IMG/VR virus record: IMGVR_UViG_3300020455_000616
Direction: 5' to 3' (one strand)
Length of the DNA stretch: 64,000 nt
Origin: a virus
Part shown: piece by piece, positions 56,944-64,000 of the stretch
How positions within the stretch are numbered: position 1 is the stretch's first letter
Layout of the letters: every line of letters begins with the position of its first letter
The notes under the pieces: model-generated
What the model saw: the letters and a program-made list of their open reading frames with translations, nothing else
Databases searched by the model: none
Told to the model about the DNA's origin: nothing
Program-made: the position numbers and the translations under genes

Positions 56944-57743
56944 AACGTAGAGATTACCATTTTGTGATCATTTTCTTTTCCATAGGTAAAGAACTCATCT
57001 AAACTAAATTTTTTATGTTCCTTCGCCCACCAATGATAATAAGCATTCCTAGACTTAGTATGGTGTATTCTGTTTATTGTAACACTATTTTCTCCACTTG
57101 TCAGTTTATCGTTAGTAGTAATTAGTGGAATAGAATATGTACGACCAGTATGACCTATAAAATAATCAACTGTAGCAGCAGTATTATTAAATTTACTATC
57201 ACCTATCTTACCTAAAAATCTCCACTTATCACCAGATGAATGAAGGTCTAATATCTTCTCAACATAATCTCTTTGTAAGATAACAGGTCCAAAATAACTA
57301 TGATTTAATTTTGGATGTAAAAAGAATGGTATAAACTTTGTGGACTCAAATCCAATTTGAAGACAGTCCCAATCATAAGGAACTCTATTCATCAAATAGT
57401 CCCAATTAAAATTCCAATATTGAATAAGATTTAAATCATAATCATCTTCCATTAAACACAAGAAAGGATCAGTTGATGTACTCAACCAATCCTTCATAAA
57501 CTCTAGATGTGTAATAGCATTACCAACAACATAGACTGGAAGATTTTTACACTTACCATCTATTTTATGAGACCAATCTTTTACTTTAGATTCTGCATAC
57601 TTACTTGAAGACACCCTAGTATATTCCAACCTCCATTGTTGGAATTGATCTTCCATATAAATTCTCCTATCTTTTCTATTATCAAGATTAACGTAATAGA
57701 TATGTGGAAAATTTCTTAATCGTCCTTTATCATACTCAAGCAT
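56940..57743 (-). CDS. GT25-like glycosyltransferase, paralog 1
   Basis: YYVNL...RR, ITH, LMEDD, YDWDCLQ. Confidence 0.75.
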   Translation of the reverse strand: MLEYDKGRLRNFPHIYYVNLDNRKDRRIYMEDQFQQWRLEYTRVSSSKYAESKVKDWSHKIDGKCKNLPVYVVGNAITHLEFMKDWLSTSTDPFLCLMEDDYDLNLIQYWNFNWDYLMNRVPYDWDCLQIGFESTKFIPFFLHPKLNHSYFGPVILQRDYVEKILDLHSSGDKWRFLGKIGDSKFNNTAATVDYFIGHTGRTYSIPLITTNDKLTSGENSVTINRIHHTKSRNAYYHWWAKEHKKFSLDEFFTYGKENDHKMVISTL

Positions 57744-58554
57744 AATAATTCATGGTCTTCCTAACCATACTAATATCATTACCTTTACCATAAGTAAAGA
57801 TCTCATCTAATGAATACTTCCTAGCATCATTAGACCACCAATCATGATATGCTATTTTACATGCTCTAACCATTTTAAACTTCTTACTTTCTCTAGGATA
57901 AAACTTTGGATCACTAGGGAATAAAGGAATACAATAAGTCTTACCATTATGACCTATAAAATAATCAATCGTTCCTGACTTTAATCCAAAATTTAAATTA
58001 GCAATATTACCAGTTAAATCATACTTATCTTCTTTACAATGTAACCTAACAAGTTTTTTAACATACCTTCTATTCAGCAATGAAGGACCAAAGGTGCTTG
58101 CTGGCATTATTTGATGTAGATAAAAAGGAATATAATGTACATTCTCAAATCCAAATTGAAAGCAATCCCAATCATATGGAAGTCTTGTCATCATATACTT
58201 CCAATCAAAATCCCAATTATATTGTAGAGTAGTTGAACAAAGATCAAAGTCAACAGTATCTCTCATGATAACCAATTGATTATCATCAGTTGTGTTTAAC
58301 CAATCTTTTAAGAATTCAAGAACAGTTATAGAATAACCAGCAACACCAACAGGAAGTTTATAGTTATTCTTATTTGAAAGCAGATGCTTCCACTCACTAA
58401 CATTCTCTTGCGTATACTTAGATGTGCTTATTCTATCATAGTCAATATCTAAATTACTTAGACACCGATCCATATGTTCATTTTTAAAATCATCAGAATC
58501 TTTATTAAAATAATAGACTCTGGGAATACCAAATAACTTATCCTTTAATTCCAT
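57736..58554 (-). CDS. GT25-like paralog 2 (EDD replaced by RDT)
   Basis: LPYDWDCFQ, GTIDYFIG, IFTYGK. Confidence 0.7.
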   Translation of the reverse strand: MELKDKLFGIPRVYYFNKDSDDFKNEHMDRCLSNLDIDYDRISTSKYTQENVSEWKHLLSNKNNYKLPVGVAGYSITVLEFLKDWLNTTDDNQLVIMRDTVDFDLCSTTLQYNWDFDWKYMMTRLPYDWDCFQFGFENVHYIPFYLHQIMPASTFGPSLLNRRYVKKLVRLHCKEDKYDLTGNIANLNFGLKSGTIDYFIGHNGKTYCIPLFPSDPKFYPRESKKFKMVRACKIAYHDWWSNDARKYSLDEIFTYGKGNDISMVRKTMNYYA

Positions 58555-59515
58555 GATTGTCCATCACCGCTCCATTTTCATAGAGAAAATCTCTTCTCTC
58601 TTGTTCAGCTTTATCTAAAAAATATTTATCACTCCACTGAGAGATATCTCTCTGCATAAGAATATCAGTATCTTTACCATAAGTGAAAAATTCATCAATA
58701 GTAAAATTATCTCTATCCTGAGTCCACCACTCAACATATGCTTTATAACATTTTAAAAAACTAGGTCTTGGTTGCCAAGAACCATCACTCTTACCACCAT
58801 GATCACTGACTCCAGAGAAGTATGGAACTATAGGTATCATAGGAATAGAATAACAATTACCAGACTGTGCTATAAAATAATCAGGTGATCCTGAAGTCTG
58901 ATCATAACTCATTCCATCATGTATTCCAGAATCTCTATTCATATACACAGAGTTGGCAATAGTATAATCAAACTTATACTTACCATTAATGTAATGCAGA
59001 TCTAATAATTTCTCAGCGTAATGCCTACTCATTAAAGTTGCACCTAAAGAATACTCAGGTCTAGTTGGATGCAAATAAAATGGAACTACATCTGGAGACT
59101 CAAAACCTAACTGAATACTATCCCATCCATATGGCAATCTCTCCATCATATACTCCCAACTAAAATGCCAGAAGTCTTGAAGTCTCAACTCATAATCATC
59201 TTCCATTAAAATGATATAAGGTTCACCAGTACCTTTAGTATCCTCCAACCATTTACGTAGAAGATCTAATAATTGAGATGAATACCAATTAATTATTATA
59301 GAACTTTTATCACAATAATCTCCAACTAACTTCTTATGAAAATCATTAGGCATCTCTCTAATAGGAGGTTGTTCTATCCTAGTAAATCTAATACCTTGAA
59401 CTCTCATATTATATTCCATCCAATGCTTTCTACCAGTTTCACCCCTCACATTGGTATACAATACATGTGGCATGTGCTTTAATTTATCAGCAAAAGCAAA
59501 TTTCTTAACAGTCAT
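58538..59515 (-). CDS. GT25-like paralog 3
   Basis: LMEDDY, LPYGWDSIQ, FFTYGK. Confidence 0.72.
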   Translation of the reverse strand: MTVKKFAFADKLKHMPHVLYTNVRGETGRKHWMEYNMRVQGIRFTRIEQPPIREMPNDFHKKLVGDYCDKSSIIINWYSSQLLDLLRKWLEDTKGTGEPYIILMEDDYELRLQDFWHFSWEYMMERLPYGWDSIQLGFESPDVVPFYLHPTRPEYSLGATLMSRHYAEKLLDLHYINGKYKFDYTIANSVYMNRDSGIHDGMSYDQTSGSPDYFIAQSGNCYSIPMIPIVPYFSGVSDHGGKSDGSWQPRPSFLKCYKAYVEWWTQDRDNFTIDEFFTYGKDTDILMQRDISQWSDKYFLDKAEQERRDFLYENGAVMDNHGIKG

Positions 59516-60417
59516 TTTGTCCTGTAACGGTTTAAATATGGTTCCCCGTAAAGTTTATACATTTCACCACTTATATCATAATGCAAAAACTTGTCTGTGT
59601 CTAGTGTCATCTTAGAATCTATAGCATTTCCATAAGTAAAAAAATCATCTAAGGTAAACCTATCTCTCTCATGTGTCCACCAAAAATAATAAGCATTCCT
59701 TGCTTTCAAATCTCCACCATCACGATAATAACTTTGAATTAAACTATTATCCTCAAAACTACCAAAACTTGTATTAATTGATATTAATGGTATGCAATAT
59801 GTTCTACCAGGATGAACCATAAAATAATCTACAGTTCCAGATCCAGCAACTGCTTCACCAGAATTCCAAGCAGCATTAGCAACAGTATTTAATAATGTAT
59901 ATCTATCCCCATCACAATGAAGACTCATAAGTTTTTCAACATATTCTCTATGGATTAAAATTGGTCCAAAATCATGTGCAGATTGTATGGGATGAAGATA
60001 CATTGGCAAACCTTCTGGATTCTCAAACCCCATATGAAGACAGTCCCAATCATAGGGAAGTCTCTCCATTAAATAATCCCAATCAAAATGCCACCTTGAT
60101 ATAAGACTTAGATCATAATCATCTTCCATTAATATTAGATGTGGTTCATCAGTCTCGTTATACCACTTCTTTAAAAACTCAAGATGTGATATTGCATTAG
60201 CAGCAATAGCAGGTAACAAAGTATATTCATCAAAATCCACAATCAAATGATTCCATTCATCTATCTTAGATCCCAAATACTTTGTGCCAGATAATCTACT
60301 ATACTCAATACCAAAATTATCAAACTGTCTCTCCATATACTTCCTTCTATCTGTTCTATTATCCAGATTAAAGTAATATACCTTTGGCATACTTTTTAAT
60401 TTATTATCTAAATCCAT
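59512..60417 (-). CDS. GT25-like paralog 4
   Basis: YYFNL...RR, ISH, LMEDDY, LPYDWDC. Confidence 0.75.
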   Translation of the reverse strand: MDLDNKLKSMPKVYYFNLDNRTDRRKYMERQFDNFGIEYSRLSGTKYLGSKIDEWNHLIVDFDEYTLLPAIAANAISHLEFLKKWYNETDEPHLILMEDDYDLSLISRWHFDWDYLMERLPYDWDCLHMGFENPEGLPMYLHPIQSAHDFGPILIHREYVEKLMSLHCDGDRYTLLNTVANAAWNSGEAVAGSGTVDYFMVHPGRTYCIPLISINTSFGSFEDNSLIQSYYRDGGDLKARNAYYFWWTHERDRFTLDDFFTYGNAIDSKMTLDTDKFLHYDISGEMYKLYGEPYLNRYRTK

Positions 60418-61310
60418 AACAATATCTTTTCTCTAGTCTTATGAACATGATCTGCTCTCATATCAAATGTCACTTCCATCTCATATTCATTATCTCTACC
60501 ATAGCTGAATTGCTCATCTAAAGAATAATTACCAGCAACTTGAGACCACCAATAATCAATAGCATCTGAGGATAATTTATCTCTACATAATCTTACATCA
60601 TATTCATTATCATACTGTAAAAAATTCTCATCCAAATTAAATAAAGGCAACAAATATGTATTACCTAAATTAAACAAAGTAGTTTCAATATTACCATAAT
60701 CATTAGCAGGAATTGATTTATCTCTACATCTATAATGAAGTTTAAATTTACCATCAGGATAATGGAATCTCTTAATCTTCTTAGCAAACAATCTACTAAT
60801 CATATAACATCTAGTAGATCTATGTTCACGTTGCCAAGGATGTAAATTCATAGGAATTTTCTGACTAGCAGAATTAACAAACAATTGAATACAATCCCAA
60901 TTGTAAGGAAGTCTTTTATATGCATACTCCCAATCAAACATCCAATAATTAGACGTATGTAATCTAACAATGTCATCCATTATAATACAGACTTCATCAT
61001 CAGTATTTTCATACCAATTAACTATTGCATCATAATTATCCAGAGTTAATGCAAGTTCATTTTCAAGTAAATATGAATGATCAAAAGACCCCGTAACAAA
61101 TCTACAAGCACCATCATCAGAATAATCATCTGATAATATATCATTCCAGTTTATAGAAGATGAATCTTTAACCTGAGTAGTATATTTCTTTTCATGTCTG
61201 ATATAATCTTTTATGCCATAATGATCAAAGTGCTCAATCATTAATTGATTTTGAGCACTATCTTGTTTAGCATTTAGATATACTATTTTTGGTAATCCTT
61301 TTAACTTCAT
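60408..61310 (-). CDS. GT25-like paralog 5 (MDDI variant)
   Basis: LPKIVYLN, LPYNWDCIQ, FSYGR. Confidence 0.68.
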   Translation of the reverse strand: MKLKGLPKIVYLNAKQDSAQNQLMIEHFDHYGIKDYIRHEKKYTTQVKDSSSINWNDILSDDYSDDGACRFVTGSFDHSYLLENELALTLDNYDAIVNWYENTDDEVCIIMDDIVRLHTSNYWMFDWEYAYKRLPYNWDCIQLFVNSASQKIPMNLHPWQREHRSTRCYMISRLFAKKIKRFHYPDGKFKLHYRCRDKSIPANDYGNIETTLFNLGNTYLLPLFNLDENFLQYDNEYDVRLCRDKLSSDAIDYWWSQVAGNYSLDEQFSYGRDNEYEMEVTFDMRADHVHKTREKILLWI

Positions 61311-62179
61311 ATCTTCTTATCATACTGTGGTAGTTTTAATATCATTTCATTATGCACAGGAGAACCCCAACTTAAAATATCATCCGCATTAAATTTACTA
61401 CTCTGAGTTTCCCACCATTTTCTAGTACATGTTGTTGCCAGTATATCATAGATCTTATTATGATATTGAGCAACTACTTCATCATATACTTCTTCATCTT
61501 TATTTGCTTCTTGTCTATTATCTGGTCTAGTTGCAAGTCTTTGATTTAAAGCAAGAAGAGGTAATGTATATGACTTACCAACTTGATATATTAACCAGTC
61601 ATCACTACTATAACATTCTGGTGGAACAGTAACATCTCTTAGACTATTCTTCAATTTAAATGATCCATCTGGTTGAAGATGTAACTTCTTTAACTTCTCA
61701 ACAAAGTGTCTGTTAATAAGAATACATGCAGCAGATGAACTCTCACCAATCCTAGGTGATAAATGCATTCTTAGATAATCATTATGACAATAATATAGTT
61801 GTACTATATCCCAATCATACGGTAGATTATTATATAAAGTCTTCCAATCAAATGGCCAATGATCTATTAGATCCAATGCCAAGTCATCTTGTATTAGAAG
61901 CATATTTTCTGATATACCAGAATCATACCAATCAATAAATGTCCAGAACTCATTCATTACAATTGATGCATCAGATGGAGCAAGAAGCATCAAGTCTAAT
62001 TTTTTTCCCCACTCATTTATTTTACTAGTATGAAATCTATTAGCAGATACCCTAGTATAATCTGTGATATCCCACTTACTAAATTCATTCTCAAGGTGTG
62101 CCTTCCTCTCAGTTCTATGATCCATATTAAGATAATAGATGGGAGGTAGTCCCTTCAATTTATCATCAAACTTTGTCAT
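61307..62179 (-). CDS. GT25-like paralog 6 (QDD variant)
   Basis: LPPIYYLN...R, IQDD, LPYDWDIVQ. Confidence 0.72.
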   Translation of the reverse strand: MTKFDDKLKGLPPIYYLNMDHRTERKAHLENEFSKWDITDYTRVSANRFHTSKINEWGKKLDLMLLAPSDASIVMNEFWTFIDWYDSGISENMLLIQDDLALDLIDHWPFDWKTLYNNLPYDWDIVQLYYCHNDYLRMHLSPRIGESSSAACILINRHFVEKLKKLHLQPDGSFKLKNSLRDVTVPPECYSSDDWLIYQVGKSYTLPLLALNQRLATRPDNRQEANKDEEVYDEVVAQYHNKIYDILATTCTRKWWETQSSKFNADDILSWGSPVHNEMILKLPQYDKKI

Positions 62180-62804
62180 GTTTAAATACTGTCAAACTTG
62201 GTAGATAAGGATAATCTAAAGAACACCATTTTAGAGTTGGTGCGTTTACTGCTGTTTGAAATTTTTCTAATCCCTCAGAAGCCTTCTCTGGTGTCATATA
62301 ATAATGATAACCCATAACATCTATATCTTGATCTCTCCAAGGTCTATAAAAATCCCTACCATCACATGACATCTTCTTTAGATAATAATGTGCTGTGGGA
62401 TTATCAGTAAGAATCATACCACCACGTCCTAATGATAAATGTTTTCTTTGTTGAAAACTTAAACAAAAATATGTATTAGGAATATAAGAATCCTTCTTCC
62501 AATAAACAGCAGCATCAATTATATTTGTCTCTTTAATATAATAAAAATCACTCCAAGTAGAATCATCCCACTTCCATTCAATACCACCTATCTTCTTCAT
62601 TATCAAAGGTACTGATAAGTAAGTATGAGTAGGAATAACAGCACGATCAAACCTCTCATATCTCATACACAATTCTATAGCATGAGTACATGAGTCAACT
62701 GCTATCGCATAAGGAGCACCATAAAAATTAGCAATAGTTTGTTCAAACTGATATACTGCTGAATCTCTTTCTACTTGATCATTCTGCGGAATTGTATAAC
62801 TCAT
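62166..62804 (-). CDS. Short DegT/DnrJ/EryC1/StrS PLP aminotransferase
   Basis: FEQ...AVDSCTHA, IDAA, SFQQRK (PLP Lys), GGMILTD, GYHY. Confidence 0.82.
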   Translation of the reverse strand: MSYTIPQNDQVERDSAVYQFEQTIANFYGAPYAIAVDSCTHAIELCMRYERFDRAVIPTHTYLSVPLIMKKIGGIEWKWDDSTWSDFYYIKETNIIDAAVYWKKDSYIPNTYFCLSFQQRKHLSLGRGGMILTDNPTAHYYLKKMSCDGRDFYRPWRDQDIDVMGYHYYMTPEKASEGLEKFQTAVNAPTLKWCSLDYPYLPSLTVFKHDKV

Positions 62805-63501
62805 AATCTAAAGAATAAAATTTATTAAAAGCATCCATGTCAGGTTCAATGTATCTATGGAATACCTTCTTAGCTAACATAGTACAATTTGGCACAAAAT
62901 ATTTAGAGTCTCTTAAATGACCTATATCTAGATCCTTATGTTGCCTACCTTTAAAACTTTTCAAAAAATTATTAACCTTTTCATTTAAATGATTATCTAA
63001 TTTTAATAACTTTATATTACCATTATAGTCTGTACATAGTCTTAAAAATAAATGCTGCGGAGCAGTATGCTCATCAAATACATACTTCTTATTTTGAACT
63101 TGTTTGATTACCCATTCAGTAGGTGCTTTATATCTACACATAAATTCATTAAGTCCAGAAATCCATCTACTAATAGGATCTCTAGACATTGAAAAAAATG
63201 TATATCCACTATCAACTAAAAAGTTTGCCATGTGGTCATAATCATTTGCTTTAGGAAACTTCTCAAGAGGAATAAAACTTTCTCCCTCCATTTTAAATGC
63301 TGATGTTATTGATGTACTACCACACTTATCAACATGCAAGTAAACTAATTGTCTTCTAACATCTAGATAACAATTAATAAAACCATCTCTATGAATTGCT
63401 TGATCTGGCAACCCCTTATGTAATTTAAAAGTAAAGGTAGAACAGTACTCAGGATACTCATCAACCAAATAATCAATAACAGCTTTTCTTAATTTAACCA
63501 T
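62779..63501 (-). CDS. Sulfotransferase family 2 (CHST-like)
   Basis: HVDKCGSTS (5'-PSB), RDPISRWISG (3'-PB), EHTAPQ. Confidence 0.78.
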   Translation of the reverse strand: MVKLRKAVIDYLVDEYPEYCSTFTFKLHKGLPDQAIHRDGFINCYLDVRRQLVYLHVDKCGSTSITSAFKMEGESFIPLEKFPKANDYDHMANFLVDSGYTFFSMSRDPISRWISGLNEFMCRYKAPTEWVIKQVQNKKYVFDEHTAPQHLFLRLCTDYNGNIKLLKLDNHLNEKVNNFLKSFKGRQHKDLDIGHLRDSKYFVPNCTMLAKKVFHRYIEPDMDAFNKFYSLDYELYNSAE

Positions 63502-63842
63502 GGCTTAGGTACAGTCGGCATCTTCTTAACTGTATCTTGAATCAAAGGTAACATATCATTTTCAACTCTCTCTGCAATCTTATCAATAACATTAACATCT
63601 ATATCCATAAACGGTGGAATGATTCCTAAAATTCTTAATAAACCATCTACAAATAATGCTAATGCTGTAAACCCAAGTATCATACTAATAATAGTGGCAT
63701 CACGATTATGTTTTGCCATTGAAGCTTCATCAATTGCTTTTGCTTCGTCCACGGCAGACTTAATTAGGAGATCTACTTCTTTCTTTGTATAAAATCCACC
63801 TATTCCAGGTATGTCGTGTATGTCATATCTTCTTGGACTCAT
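63489..63842 (-). CDS. Cyanophage membrane protein
   Basis: HNRDATIISMILGFTALALFVDGLLRILGIIPPF; GGAGG SD. Confidence 0.8.
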   Translation of the reverse strand: MSPRRYDIHDIPGIGGFYTKKEVDLLIKSAVDEAKAIDEASMAKHNRDATIISMILGFTALALFVDGLLRILGIIPPFMDIDVNVIDKIAERVENDMLPLIQDTVKKMPTVPKPWLN

Positions 63843-63851
63843 AAACCTCCT

Positions 63852-64000
63852 TTAGTATATTGGTGTAAGAGGATTCGTTGGGTGGTATAAAGCGTCCTCT
63901 CTTTCCCAAGAATCTATCATGTCGGGAATTTCTGATCTTGGCACATACATTGGATGATCATAAGGATCAGGTCCAATTAACTCAAAGCGAACAGCATCCA
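63852..64000 (-). CDS. Hypothetical protein, 3' end (truncated by window)
   Basis: Open frame ...DAVRFELIGPDPYDHPMYVPRSEIPDMIDSW...TPIY*. Confidence 0.6.
   Translation of the reverse strand, partial: DAVRFELIGPDPYDHPMYVPRSEIPDMIDSWEREDALYHPTNPLTPIY

Noticed and set aside
1-64000. tRNAs, CRISPR arrays, group I introns/inteins in psbA or nrdA/B, reverse transcriptase/DGR
   Set aside because: None recognised by eye; genes are normal length and uninterrupted. tRNAscan-SE/Infernal would be needed to exclude small RNAs fully

Overview
64 kb of a T4-like cyanomyovirus genome, probably infecting Prochlorococcus: the D1 protein is Prochlorococcus-like, and the window holds five hli genes, T4-type primase, class I nrdA/nrdB, mazG and TATAAATA-type late promoters. 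Almost all genes are on the minus strand. In order: partial psbD and psbA; a structural module (fibre-like proteins, S8 protease); a cluster of secreted/membrane proteins with overlapping frames; SNase nuclease; flavin-dependent halogenase; peroxiredoxin; an array of hli genes and microproteins; an outer-membrane-type protein; glycan island 1 (GT25, GT4-like, HAD-nucleotidyltransferase, GT6, GT11, fcl, gmd); about ten 2OG-Fe(II)/cupin oxygenases plus a radical SAM enzyme; a manA-like structured RNA; GIY-YIG nuclease, PMM-like HAD enzyme, nrdB, nrdA, primase; Lys-rich putative capsid-internal proteins, including a 1086-aa modular protein; ycf35/DUF2997/mazG; and glycan island 2. Island 2 (NDP-sugar dehydrogenase, amidinotransferase, six tandem GT25-like paralogs, short DegT aminotransferase, sulfotransferase) is the best candidate for an undescribed system, possibly making a guanidino-/sulfo-glycan. 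No tRNA, CRISPR array, intron or intein was recognised. Family assignments come from motif recognition by eye, not from database searches.
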